NCBI GenBank assembly: GCA_033763315.1
Contig: JANRKS010000009.1
Span: 96,001 to 160,000, forward strand
Source of the DNA: Deltaproteobacteria bacterium
Lineage (GTDB): Bacteria > Myxococcota_A > Polyangia > Fen-1088
DNA: 64,000 nt
Direction: 5' to 3'
The notes below the pieces were generated by a model. It saw only the letters and a program-made list of their open reading frames with translations. It made no database searches and was not told where the DNA came from. The position numbers were made by a program, and so were the translations under genes. Shown piece by piece: positions 37,832-47,457 of this stretch. Each line of letters starts with the position of its first letter. The first letter of the stretch is position 1.

Positions 37832-38772
37832 GTGCCGATACTCCCACAGGTGCGGGTCTTGCCACAACGACGCAAAACCGAGCGACGCCACCGTTTACAA
37901 ACCAACAACACCAACGGCCACCAACCAAACCCGGATGGCCGTGGCGCGTACTGGCAGCCGCCATTGACGCTGGCCTCGCGCTGCTGCAGTGGCACCCACA
38001 CGAGCGCGTGGTCTGAGGCGGCCGTTTGCGGCATCACTTGCCCGGGTGCAACCGCATCCAACGCGTCGCCGATGAAAATCCGATCGAACGCTTGCCCACT
38101 TTCGTGCGTGGCGACAACGTGCGCCGCCGCATCCCGCAGCCCAGCGCTTCGCAACGTGGGCCACACCAAATCATCGTGTGCAGCGTTAAAATCGCCCATG
38201 ACGATGATCTCGCCTCGCCGTTGCGCGCGCACCCACGCGGCCAGTCGTTGGGTCTGCTCGATGCGTTTTTGTTCGGCGTGGGGTGCGGCAGAAAGATGCA
38301 CCACCACGATGTCCACCGCAGTGTCTTGCACCGTCACGCGCGCGTGAAGCGGCTTGCGCGTGTCATTGAAGGCGGCATCGCTTGCGAACAAACGTTCGAC
38401 GTCGGCCACATGCAAATTGGCGTGCAGCAACAGAACATTGCGAATGTTCGCGCCCGGGGGGCCGCCCTCGCTGTTATCGACGGGCTCGAACTGAATTGTC
38501 TTATACGTTGGGCCCGCAGCCTGAGTGATCGCTTGCTGAAGCTTCGCCAGCGAAGCATCGGCGCGTGTGTTGCCGCTGTTGACCACGCCATCGTTGTCGG
38601 CAACCTCTTGCAGCGCGACCACCTCAGGAAACCCGCTGGCCTTGATTGTGGCGGCGATGCTCATAAAGCGTGCCTCGCTGTCGCGGGCCGAAAGAGCCGC
38701 CACATTGTAAGTGGCCACGCGCCAGGGTAGGGCCACAAGAGCGCTGGCCAGCAAAGGTGCCAAGAATGTCAT
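37828..38772 (-). CDS. Secreted endonuclease/exonuclease/phosphatase with MYXO-CTERM-like tail
   Basis: VATYNV, VALQEV, GGPPGANIRN, RKPL, MGDFN, FDRIF, ASDH; C-terminal GGC + hydrophobic stretch + KRWRR. Confidence 0.85.
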   Translation of the reverse strand: MTFLAPLLASALVALPWRVATYNVAALSARDSEARFMSIAATIKASGFPEVVALQEVADNDGVVNSGNTRADASLAKLQQAITQAAGPTYKTIQFEPVDNSEGGPPGANIRNVLLLHANLHVADVERLFASDAAFNDTRKPLHARVTVQDTAVDIVVVHLSAAPHAEQKRIEQTQRLAAWVRAQRRGEIIVMGDFNAAHDDLVWPTLRSAGLRDAAAHVVATHESGQAFDRIFIGDALDAVAPGQVMPQTAASDHALVWVPLQQREASVNGGCQYAPRPSGFGWWPLVLLVCKRWRRSVLRRCGKTRTCGSIGT

Positions 38773-38877
38773 GCTCAGTGTTCGGCGGCCCAAGCGCTGG
38801 TGTTGCTTGGTTTTTCGTGAAATATCCTTAATCTGGCGTGCGTCCAACGCCTAGCTTCACCTAAAGGATCGCCCACG

Positions 38878-40185
38878 ATGCCCACCCCCGCCCGCACCGC
38901 TTTTGTCCCAACGTGTTTGCCTGGCCATTCGGTTCGTCGCTCGTGGGGCGGCGCCGCCAAGATCTTGGGTCTTGGCTTGGCGGTGGCCACGGGCAGCGCT
39001 GGTTGCCTTTCGGATCGCTACCAGATTCCTGACGAGGAAGTGCAGCGGCAATTGCAGTTGCCCCCGGAGCGTCGCGGGCAGGGTATGCACGTGGTGCAAA
39101 AGATCGGTGAACGTGCGGCCCCGGAAGTGGCTTACGGAGCGCCTCCCGCACCGCCGCCGGGTTATTACGGACCCGATCAAGGCGGCTATCCACCCCCCGC
39201 GAGCAACTCGAACGTGGGCGTGGGCGTTTTTGTGGGCGTGAACGTGGGATCCTCGGGCGGGGGCGGATACGCGCCGCCCCCACCGCGTGCGGTGAATACG
39301 GCCGGACCGACGCGGAACCCACGCGAGGGCATGCCGGTGGGGCGCACGGCTTCCACGGGATCGGGGGGCGTGGCCGGCCCTGGCGGTGGCTCGACCGGTG
39401 GCGGGGCGAGCAACGGCGGTGGCTTCCGCAACAGCGGTGGCGGCCGAGGCTCTTCGTCGAACAACACCAGCGATGCCAAGGCGGTGGCGGCATTAATCGT
39501 GGTGGCAGCCGCAGGTGCGGCGTTGGGAGCTGCGGTCACCGAAGGCGCGCGCTTCGACGGGCAAGCGGTGGTGGCACCCAGCCACAATGTTTACTTAAAG
39601 CGGACCGATGGCGGCGAAATGGTGCAGCGCCTCGACGCTTTGGCGCCCCAAGATCTGCAGGGCATCGCCGAGGTCCAAGTGTCGGACGCCGAGGGCTATG
39701 GCCTGATGCGCGTGGCTCGCAACCCGCTTAACCGCAGGGGCTTCGCGTTTAAGCTCGATGGCGGCTCGATGGGCACACGCCTTGATGGAGGCGTCAGCAG
39801 CCGCGGGCCCGGCGCGAACATTCAGTTGGGGTACTTCTTCGCGAACTACCTGGGCATCTTGGCCACCTCGGCCTTGACGGGCGGCACCGATTCGCAATCG
39901 CGTGGTTTTTTCCGCGCGCAAATCGGCGCTGAGGCGCAGGCGTTCTTGCCTGGCCTTGGCCCACTTCACTTGGGCGGCTATGGCGGCGTTGCGAGTTCCA
40001 GCACAGAGATCGATGGCGCGGGCACGGCCAGCGGCACAACGTGGGGCGCCGGCGGCCTGCTGGAGATCGAACTCACCACACGCTTGGCGTTGGATTTCCG
40101 TGTGGGCGGCAGCTGGTCAAAATCGTCAGACCGTGGGTCGGGCGCTGATGGCCTGGGCGTGACGGTGGGCGTGGCGATCTATTAG
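38878..40185 (+). CDS. Hypothetical lipoprotein with Pro/Gly-rich linker and probable C-terminal outer-membrane beta-barrel
   Basis: SAGC lipobox-like site, low-complexity middle, amphipathic beta-strands ending in VGVAIY. Confidence 0.6.
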   Translation: MPTPARTAFVPTCLPGHSVRRSWGGAAKILGLGLAVATGSAGCLSDRYQIPDEEVQRQLQLPPERRGQGMHVVQKIGERAAPEVAYGAPPAPPPGYYGPDQGGYPPPASNSNVGVGVFVGVNVGSSGGGGYAPPPPRAVNTAGPTRNPREGMPVGRTASTGSGGVAGPGGGSTGGGASNGGGFRNSGGGRGSSSNNTSDAKAVAALIVVAAAGAALGAAVTEGARFDGQAVVAPSHNVYLKRTDGGEMVQRLDALAPQDLQGIAEVQVSDAEGYGLMRVARNPLNRRGFAFKLDGGSMGTRLDGGVSSRGPGANIQLGYFFANYLGILATSALTGGTDSQSRGFFRAQIGAEAQAFLPGLGPLHLGGYGGVASSSTEIDGAGTASGTTWGAGGLLEIELTTRLALDFRVGGSWSKSSDRGSGADGLGVTVGVAIY

Positions 40186-40526
40186 GCGGCGCGCGGCGAA
40201 GGCATCGGTTCAGGCACGGCCCACAACTCGTTCGCGGTGCTCTCCATGAGACACTCAAGCTCGGTGAGCGTGGGTGGCAAATGATCTTCGATTTGCGTGT
40301 CGGGTGAGAGCATGGGCGCTTCGGAATTCCACACCACGTCGCCGTCGTCCAAGGCGGCGAGAAGGATGTTGATGTCGTTCTGGAAGCCGATTTCGTTGCG
40401 CAAATCGCCGGGACGCACAAGCTGCTCACGCAGGTGCTTCACCGCAACCACTTGGCCTCTCGTCTCTTCAACAGCGTATTTAAAACCAAAGCCCATCGTC
40501 GTTTCCTTTGCGTCGCCACACCCCAT
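40182..40526 (-). CDS. Small acidic hypothetical protein
   Basis: GAGGAG SD 5 nt before ATG 40526; fills the gap; 4-nt convergent stop overlap. Confidence 0.55.
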   Translation of the reverse strand: MGCGDAKETTMGFGFKYAVEETRGQVVAVKHLREQLVRPGDLRNEIGFQNDINILLAALDDGDVVWNSEAPMLSPDTQIEDHLPPTLTELECLMESTANELWAVPEPMPSPRAA

Positions 40527-40626
40527 CGACGCTCCTCGTCGCCGCCTTTAACGGCGCCGCAAAGGTTTACGAAACCGATACTTTCGCTTTACACAACTGA
40601 CGCGCCCGGAATGACGGGCTTTGAAC

Positions 40627-40655
40627 TTGCCACGCCGCTGGTTCCTCAGTATAAC
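40627..40655 (+). promoter_or_regulatory. Putative sigma70 promoter for tRNA-Leu
   Basis: TTGCCA (40627-40632), 17 nt, TATAAC (40650-40655). Confidence 0.55.
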
Positions 40656-40772
40656 GACGGCCCTTGACCGCGTACCATTGGCGCGGCCCGGGCCGTCACA
40701 GCGGCAAAGCGATGAAATCCCACGGGATTTTCAAGCAATGAAGCACGGGGCGGGCAGCAGAAAATTCGATTC

Positions 40773-40856
40773 GCGAGGATGGCGAAACTGGTAGACGCAC
40801 CAGCTTGAGGTGCTGGCGGGCGCAAGCCCTTGGGGGTTCGAGTCCCCCTCCTCGCA
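40773..40856 (+). tRNA. tRNA-Leu (GAG)
   Basis: Acceptor GCGAGGA/TCCTCGC, D-loop AAACTGGTAGA, anticodon arm CCAGC-TTGAGGT-GCTGG, long variable arm, GGGGG-TTCGAGT-CCCCC; CCA not encoded. Confidence 0.96.
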
Positions 40857-40863
40857 CAAACAC

Positions 40864-40892
40864 ACCCCCGGCAACCCGGGGGTTTTGTTTTT
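40864..40892 (+). terminator. Rho-independent terminator after tRNA-Leu
   Basis: ACCCCCGG-CAAC-CCGGGGGT hairpin followed by TTTGTTTTT. Confidence 0.85.
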
Positions 40893-40977
40893 CGTGCCTT
40901 CAGCTGCGGCTTGCGAAGCCGTCGTGGCCATGGCGGGCCTGGGCGGCGTATCCTGGCGCCAGGATTATTTCGCGCTC

Positions 40978-42099
40978 ATGAAAACCAAACGCTACGCATT
41001 TCTGTGTTTGCTGCTTCTGGGGGCTTGCGCCCAAAGCTCAGTCAATGACGGAGGCGGCGGCGCTTCGGGAGCGGGCGGCGCGGCGCCAGGAGAGACGGGC
41101 GGCAGCGGCGGCACTCAATCCCAAAGTGGCGGCTCAGGTGGCGTCGCCGGCGTCGCTGGTGGTGCGGGCGGCAGCGTAAGTGGTGGGGCAGGCGGCATCC
41201 TCACAGGCGGCGCGGGCGGCAGCGCGGGCGCCAACGTTCCGGTGGTTCCCGTGGCGGCGGGCAACACGTACAAGTTCACTTTCGATGGTTTTGTTTTCGT
41301 CGTGGACGCAAGCCTTGGTGGTCGTGTCACCGAGTTCTCGCTCAACGGTAAGAATGTGCTGAGCGGCCCGAGCGCCAACGCTGAAAACTTTGGCTCAACG
41401 TTTTGGCCGAGCCCCCAATCGGTGTGGAATTGGCCGCCGCCCGCGGAGATCGATCCCGGCGCTTACACCGCGCGGATCGATGCCGGCACCTTGATCCTTG
41501 AGGGCAAGCCCAGCAGCCGCGTGAACCTCGCGGTCACCAAACGCATCGCCATTGATCGCGCGGCGCAATCCGTGGTGATGACGTATGAGATGAAGAACAC
41601 GGGCACCGCTGCGGCCACGTGGGCGCCGTGGGAGATCACGCGCGTAACCTCTGGTGGCATGACGTTCTTTGCGCTTGGTGCTGGGGGCACAGCCGCCATC
41701 GGCACGTGGGTGCCCACACCGCTGCAGGAGGCAGGCATGTGGCGTTGGTACGACGACGCCGCTTTGCAAACGAACAACAACCAAGGGCGCAAGACGTTTG
41801 CGGATGGCACAGGATGGATCGCACATGTGGCTCGCAATGAACGTTTGCTGCTGCTCAAGACGTTCGACGACGTCGCAAAAGACGCGCAGGCCAAAGACGA
41901 AGCCGAACTTGAGATCTTCGTCGATGGCGCGCGCAAGTACATCGAAGTTGAAAACCAAGGCACGGCTCTGCCCATTGGTGCAGGCTCCACGCGCACGTGG
42001 ACGGTGCGCTGGTTGTTGCGCGCGCTGCCCGCCGACGCCCCGTTAACGGTTGGCTCAACTCCCGTCATAAACGCCACCAAAGCGTTGCTGGCCAAGTAG
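40978..42099 (+). CDS. DUF4380-like lipoprotein (aldose epimerase/mutarotase-like fold suspected)
   Basis: Lipobox LLGAC, Gly-rich linker, GGRV.EFSLNGKNVL, GSTFWPSPQS.W.WPP, APWEITRV, YIEVENQG. Confidence 0.7.
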   Translation: MKTKRYAFLCLLLLGACAQSSVNDGGGGASGAGGAAPGETGGSGGTQSQSGGSGGVAGVAGGAGGSVSGGAGGILTGGAGGSAGANVPVVPVAAGNTYKFTFDGFVFVVDASLGGRVTEFSLNGKNVLSGPSANAENFGSTFWPSPQSVWNWPPPAEIDPGAYTARIDAGTLILEGKPSSRVNLAVTKRIAIDRAAQSVVMTYEMKNTGTAAATWAPWEITRVTSGGMTFFALGAGGTAAIGTWVPTPLQEAGMWRWYDDAALQTNNNQGRKTFADGTGWIAHVARNERLLLLKTFDDVAKDAQAKDEAELEIFVDGARKYIEVENQGTALPIGAGSTRTWTVRWLLRALPADAPLTVGSTPVINATKALLAK

Positions 42100-42109
42100 C
42101 CGCTCGATC

Positions 42110-44974
42110 TTGATTAACCTCAAGCGCATGTCGTTTGGTTTGGTTGCCCTTGTCGTCTGCCTTGCCGGACCAAGCCCAACGCAGGCTTTGGCGCCGCTTG
42201 AGACACGCACGCCCGTGGGGTACCGGTTGCGTTCATGGGAGCCTGCAAGTTCGATCTCTTCGTTGGCCGTGTCGAACCAAGGCACGATATGGTTGGCCGC
42301 GCGCTTGGGGCTGCTTGAGTTTGACGGTGAACGCTTCACCACGATGTCTGCGAGTGCCACGCTGGTTGCAAAAGGGCAGCGGCTATCGAAATTGCTAGCC
42401 GAAGCCAGCGGCGATTTGTGGGTGGGCACCGAAGGCGATGGGCTCTTCAAACTTAACAGCGCTGGTCTCATCGTTGCTCATCTCAATGCACAGCGAGGCT
42501 TGCCTGGCGCCGGTGTCACGGCGCTGTGGCAAGCTGACGACGGCCGGCTGTGGGTTGGCACCGACAAAGGCGCCGCGGTGGTGTGGCAGGATCGCGTGGA
42601 GCGCGTTGTGGGGCAAGCGCAAGGCCTGCCTGACAACCGTGTGCTGTTGATGGCCGCTGCGCCCGGTGGGCACGTATGGATCGAAACCGAAGGAGGTCTA
42701 AGCCTCGTTGGGGAGCGTGTGCTGTCTACACAGCGGTTGGCGTTTCCTTGGACCGTGCAGCGGCGGCAAGCGATCTTGGCGGCATTGCTGCCCGCAGGTG
42801 TGCCGCCCGCAAACGATGACGTGTGGCGCGCGTTGCCTGCCGTCGTATCAGGCGTTCTGCACGACAAGCGTGGCCGCACGTGGATCCCCACCTCGGCGGG
42901 GCTCTTCTTATTCGACGGAAAAAAACTTTCACGCCTGTCCACGCAAGATGGTTTGGCCAGCGCGCACGTGACCGCTGTGGCCATTGATCGCGAACAAAAC
43001 GTGTGGGCCGCGAGCATGGGCGGTGGGCTCACGCAAGTGGCACCCACGGTCGTCTACACGATGGGTCTCGCGCAGGGTTTGTCGACTGAAGAAGTGTCAT
43101 CGGTGGCGGTGAACAAACAGGGCAACGTGGTGGCGTTAACCCCCGCGGGCGTGCATCTGGTTAACGTTGAGGGTGCGCCACGCGTGCCTTTGCCCGCGTG
43201 GGTCGATCCCGCGCGCTTGGGCTCTGTGGTGGCCGCGCAAGATGGCAGCTTATGGTTTGCAGGTGAGATGGGTGTGGTGCATGCCACGGCAGACAAAGCC
43301 ACGCTGGTGTGGAATCAGTCGACTGTGGCAGGGCTCGCTGCAACCGCTCAAGGCGCCGCATTCTTCACTGCCGCGGGCTCCCTTCATCTGGTGCAGGCGA
43401 ACGACGAGATGCAAGAGTTGCGAACCGAGGGCTCTGTGTCAGCTTTGGCCAGCGACGACCATGGTGGCCTTTGGGTGGGAACGTCGCAGGGTCACGTGTT
43501 GCATGTAGCCCAAGGTGACGTGACGCAAGTACAGCTTGCGGCGAAACTGGGCGAGGCCGTTCGTGTTCGAGCGCTGTTCCCGCAGGGATCCACTCTGTGG
43601 GCCGCCAGCAGCCAGGGCATATGGCGCATCCAAAATGGCAACGCACGCAGCGTCTCGCAAGCACATGGCATGTTGGACGACAACGTGGGCGTGGTGGCCG
43701 TGGACGAGCAGGGCTATGTGTGGGCGCTAACCGAACGCGGGCTCAACCGCATCAACCCGCAAACGTTTAACGCCACAATCACGTCACCACAAGATATTGC
43801 CGCTTGGGGCACGGACGACGGCGTGCGGCCTTATGACGTTCGGTTTGGCGGCCAACCACGCGCGGCGCGATCCAGTGATGGCCGTTTGTGGTTCGCCACC
43901 TTGCGAGGCGTGGTGGTGGTGGAAGCGCCCGCCAACCGACGGCGTCTGGATCCGCCTGCGGCACGCGTGGGCCGCGTGTTCGTGGATGATGAACCCACGC
44001 CGGCCTCGGCGGAGGTGGTGGTGCCACCCGGTGCACACCGGTTGGCGTTTTCGTTTGCGGCCCCCACGCTCTCGGAACCACACCGCGTGCACATACAACA
44101 CCGGTTGCATGGTTATGAAACAGCGTGGGTGAATGACGGTTCCGCGCGCGATGTGATTTACGCGAACCTACCGCCTGGCGCTTACGTGTTTGAGGCGAGA
44201 ACCAAGCGCACGGATCACGCGGGCACGAGCGCCGTGACCACGGTGGCGTTGCGTGTGCAACCTCGCTTTCGACAAACGTGGTTGTTCTACGCGCTGTGCG
44301 CTGGTGTTTTGGCCCTCGCGTTCGTGGGCTTGCAGACGTTGCGATCCTGGCAACTCAAGGCGCGATTTCGCGCTGTCATGCAGGAGCGCCACCGCATCGC
44401 CCGCGAGATGCACGACACGCTTTCGCAGGTGTTTGCGGCTTTGGGTTTGGCCTTGGACACCGCCCGGCGCGAGGTGAAAAACAGCGGCACCGATGACGTG
44501 CCCGCTTTGGTGAACGCGCGGCAGTTGCTCGCACACGCGCGCTTGGCGTCGCGGCAGATCTTGGCCAACACCCGTGAAGTGCCCGCTTCGTCGCGGGCCC
44601 TGCCGCAAGCCTTGGCCGAGCTGCCCGCCGTGTTCGGTCACGCACACCTGCGCTATGAAACAAAAGGGCAACCCTTCTCGCTGCCCTTGCGTGTGCAGAA
44701 CGATCTGCTGCGCGTGGCGGAGGAAGCCGTGAGCAATGCCATCAGCCATGGCAAAGCCGAAAACATTTTTGTGGAGCTGTTGTTCGCGGCGCCTGGCCTC
44801 AGCCTGTTTGTTCGTGACGACGGCCACGGCTTGCAGCAGGGGGACGCCATCGAAGGCTTGGGCATGATCGGTATGCGAGAGCGCGTGGCAGGTTTGGGGG
44901 GCACGTTAGAGATCACCAGTGAGCCCGGCGCGGGAACAGAAATCGCCGTGTCGATCGCTTCCGTGCCAAACTGA
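42110..44974 (+). CDS. Sensor histidine kinase with periplasmic beta-propeller/Y_Y_Y domains (HisKA_3)
   Basis: Repeated G.LWVGT..GL blades, YANLPPGAYVFEAR, TM helix, ERHRIAREMHDTLSQ, EAVSNA..H, DDGHG, GLGMIGMRER. Confidence 0.92.
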   Translation: MINLKRMSFGLVALVVCLAGPSPTQALAPLETRTPVGYRLRSWEPASSISSLAVSNQGTIWLAARLGLLEFDGERFTTMSASATLVAKGQRLSKLLAEASGDLWVGTEGDGLFKLNSAGLIVAHLNAQRGLPGAGVTALWQADDGRLWVGTDKGAAVVWQDRVERVVGQAQGLPDNRVLLMAAAPGGHVWIETEGGLSLVGERVLSTQRLAFPWTVQRRQAILAALLPAGVPPANDDVWRALPAVVSGVLHDKRGRTWIPTSAGLFLFDGKKLSRLSTQDGLASAHVTAVAIDREQNVWAASMGGGLTQVAPTVVYTMGLAQGLSTEEVSSVAVNKQGNVVALTPAGVHLVNVEGAPRVPLPAWVDPARLGSVVAAQDGSLWFAGEMGVVHATADKATLVWNQSTVAGLAATAQGAAFFTAAGSLHLVQANDEMQELRTEGSVSALASDDHGGLWVGTSQGHVLHVAQGDVTQVQLAAKLGEAVRVRALFPQGSTLWAASSQGIWRIQNGNARSVSQAHGMLDDNVGVVAVDEQGYVWALTERGLNRINPQTFNATITSPQDIAAWGTDDGVRPYDVRFGGQPRAARSSDGRLWFATLRGVVVVEAPANRRRLDPPAARVGRVFVDDEPTPASAEVVVPPGAHRLAFSFAAPTLSEPHRVHIQHRLHGYETAWVNDGSARDVIYANLPPGAYVFEARTKRTDHAGTSAVTTVALRVQPRFRQTWLFYALCAGVLALAFVGLQTLRSWQLKARFRAVMQERHRIAREMHDTLSQVFAALGLALDTARREVKNSGTDDVPALVNARQLLAHARLASRQILANTREVPASSRALPQALAELPAVFGHAHLRYETKGQPFSLPLRVQNDLLRVAEEAVSNAISHGKAENIFVELLFAAPGLSLFVRDDGHGLQQGDAIEGLGMIGMRERVAGLGGTLEITSEPGAGTEIAVSIASVPN

Positions 44975-44982
44975 GATCACCA

Positions 44983-45606
44983 ATGTCGTCACCCATCAAA
45001 GTGCTTGTGGTTGAAGACCATTTTCTAGCGCGGTTTGCATTGGTCTCGTTTCTCGGCGGAGAAGCGGGCATGGATGTGGTTGCGAAGACCGAAAGTGGCC
45101 GTGAGGCGATCACGCTTTACCGCACGCATAGGCCCGACGTGGTTTTGATGGACATCATGTTGGCGGAACTGGATGGCCTTGCGACCACCCGGCTGATCCT
45201 GCAGGAGGATCCAGGCGCGAAGATACTCATTCTCACCAGCCTTTATAGCGGCGAAGACGTGCATAAGGCGGTGACCTCAGGCGCGCGCGGCTACCTGCGC
45301 AAAGACGTGCCGGGCGATGTGTTGCTCGCGGGCATCACGCGCGTGGCCGAAGGCGGAAAGTTCTTCCCGCCTGACGTCGCCGAAAAAATGGCGGATAGGT
45401 CAGTGCAATCGCCGCTAACGCCGCGGGAGGATCAGGTGCTGCAGCTTTTGTGCAAGGGCCTCTCGAACCGGGAGATCGCGTTGGCGCTTGAACTCAAGGA
45501 AGGCACCGTGCGCATTTACATCAGTAACTTGCTGGTGAAGCTGGATGCGCGCCGGCGCACCGAAGCTGTGTCTGAAGCCATCAAACGCGGCCTTTACCGC
45601 CCTTAG
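44983..45606 (+). CDS. NarL/LuxR-family response regulator
   Basis: VEDH, DVVLMDI, GYLRK, LTPRE..VL...GLSNREIA..L...EGTV HTH. Confidence 0.93.
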   Translation: MSSPIKVLVVEDHFLARFALVSFLGGEAGMDVVAKTESGREAITLYRTHRPDVVLMDIMLAELDGLATTRLILQEDPGAKILILTSLYSGEDVHKAVTSGARGYLRKDVPGDVLLAGITRVAEGGKFFPPDVAEKMADRSVQSPLTPREDQVLQLLCKGLSNREIALALELKEGTVRIYISNLLVKLDARRRTEAVSEAIKRGLYRP

Positions 45607-45627
45607 TCCGTCGATTGACGCTGCAAG

Positions 45628-45645
45628 CAATGACGAACGTCAGTG
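45628..45645. promoter_or_regulatory. Putative NarL-type inverted-repeat operator
   Basis: CAATGACG-AA-CGTCAGTG (7 of 8 paired) between the response regulator and the DUF1592 gene. Confidence 0.4.
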
Positions 45646-45730
45646 TTCGCACCTAAACGTCCGCGCCTGTAGGTCTGGGTTTGTAACGGTTAGCTTACAT
45701 GCGAGCCCTGGCGGCTTGGGAGGCTTCCGA

Positions 45731-47443
45731 TTGCAGCAGTTCAGCAGGTGTTCGCTTCTAGGTTTGCGCAGCGTCATGGCATGGGGCCTCGTGACCGCGG
45801 CTGTGGCTTCGCATGGCTGTTCTGGCCAGACCGGGGGCGGTGCGGACAATGAAGGCGGGGCCGGCGGCTCCGATGGAGCGGGCGGCGATGGCGCTTCGGT
45901 GGCCGCTGTTGGCTGCAACGTTGAGAACGCTGAGCTTCTGCCCGCGCGCGTTTGGCGCTTGAGCCACACGCAATACGCCAACGCGGTACTTGATCTGTTG
46001 CCAAAAGCCGATTTGTCGGCGGCGAAAAGTTTCCTTCAAGATGAACAGCTGGGCGCGTTCTTGAACGACGCTGCCAGTTTGCGCGTGTCGTCCGTGCGTG
46101 CCGAACAATACGCCGTCGCCGCCCAAACGCTTGCCACGCGCGCCGGCATGGATGCGGCCACGTTGTTGCCGTGTGGGCTTGATAAAGCCGACGACGCTTG
46201 TGCGAAGTCGTTCGTCGAAACGTTTGCCAAACGCGCTTTTCGGCGGCCTGTGGAGCCGGATGAACAAACTGAACTGATGGCGGTGTGGCAAGAAGGCAAA
46301 GCGGCGGCGGGTGCCACGGGCGGCGTTAAAGCGGTGGTCGAAGTGCTGCTGCAATCGCCGTCGTTTCTTTACCGCACTGAATTGGGTGCCCCGGGCGCCA
46401 AGGGCGATCGCATAACCCTCACGTCAAACGAGATGGCGTCCGCGCTTTCATTTTCGCTCACAAACCGCCCGCCCGACAACGAACTGGCTGGGTTGGCAGC
46501 CGATGGAAAGCTCAGCAGCCCAGACACAATTCGAGAACAGACGCGACGATTGTTGCAAACCCCAGAAGGCCAGGCCACCTTCGCCAGCTTCGTCGCGCAA
46601 TGGATGGATTACGGGCCGCTGAAAAGCCAACAGCTTTCCGAGCCAGCCTTCGCCGACTGGCAAAACGCGTGGGTGCCGCGGTTCAACAAAGAGATTGAAC
46701 TTTACGTCACGCATGTGCTTGAAAAGGACGGCGCGACGTTGTCGGATCTGATGCTGTCCACAACGACATTTGCGGACGCGAACCTGGCGAAAATATACGG
46801 CGGCAACGTCGCGGGCAGCGACTTTGGCACCTTAGATTTGGGTGCGCTTCCCCGCAAAGGGCTGTTGACGATGCCTGGCTTCTTGGCTTCGCACGCCGTC
46901 GATGGTGCGGCACACGCTGTGAAGCGTGGCCTGTTCGTGAACGAGCGGTTGTTGTGCCGCACGATACCCCCTCCGCCTGCGGGCGCCAGCGAGTTGAATA
47001 TGGCGGCGCGCCAACCAGGCCTCACAGCCCGCGAACGTTTGCAGCTGCACCGGCATGAAGACCGGTGTGCCAGCTGCCACGCCACGATTGATCCGCCCGG
47101 CTTGGTGTTTGAGCGCTTTGATGGCGTCGGCCGTTACCGCACGCAAGACAACGGTAAAGACATCGACACCGCCGGATCGCTGCAGATCGACGACAACGTC
47201 ACGATCAACTTCAGCGACGTCAACGACTTTGCAGAGCAGGTGACAAACACGGACTTGTTCAAGAACTGCGCCGTGCAACAGCAGGTGCGCTTCTTCGCGG
47301 GTGTGAGCCAAACAGATTCTGCAAGTTGCGGCGTGCGCGCCATCGCTTACGAGGTTGATAAGGCGGGCGGGCGACTTGATCGCTTGGTGGAAGCGATCGT
47401 CACGTCACCCCTGTTCCGTTTCCGTTCGGCCGCCGCAAACTAA
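45731..47443 (+). CDS. DUF1592/DUF1588/DUF1595 lipoprotein with CxxCH motif
   Basis: GGGAGG SD before TTG 45731; SHGC lipobox; RLS..QY.N, RAFRRP, LQSPSFLYRTE, VKRGLFV..LLC, CASCH..IDP.G. Confidence 0.88.
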   Translation: MQQFSRCSLLGLRSVMAWGLVTAAVASHGCSGQTGGGADNEGGAGGSDGAGGDGASVAAVGCNVENAELLPARVWRLSHTQYANAVLDLLPKADLSAAKSFLQDEQLGAFLNDAASLRVSSVRAEQYAVAAQTLATRAGMDAATLLPCGLDKADDACAKSFVETFAKRAFRRPVEPDEQTELMAVWQEGKAAAGATGGVKAVVEVLLQSPSFLYRTELGAPGAKGDRITLTSNEMASALSFSLTNRPPDNELAGLAADGKLSSPDTIREQTRRLLQTPEGQATFASFVAQWMDYGPLKSQQLSEPAFADWQNAWVPRFNKEIELYVTHVLEKDGATLSDLMLSTTTFADANLAKIYGGNVAGSDFGTLDLGALPRKGLLTMPGFLASHAVDGAAHAVKRGLFVNERLLCRTIPPPPAGASELNMAARQPGLTARERLQLHRHEDRCASCHATIDPPGLVFERFDGVGRYRTQDNGKDIDTAGSLQIDDNVTINFSDVNDFAEQVTNTDLFKNCAVQQQVRFFAGVSQTDSASCGVRAIAYEVDKAGGRLDRLVEAIVTSPLFRFRSAAAN

Positions 47444-47457
47444 CCGAGGCAACCAAG

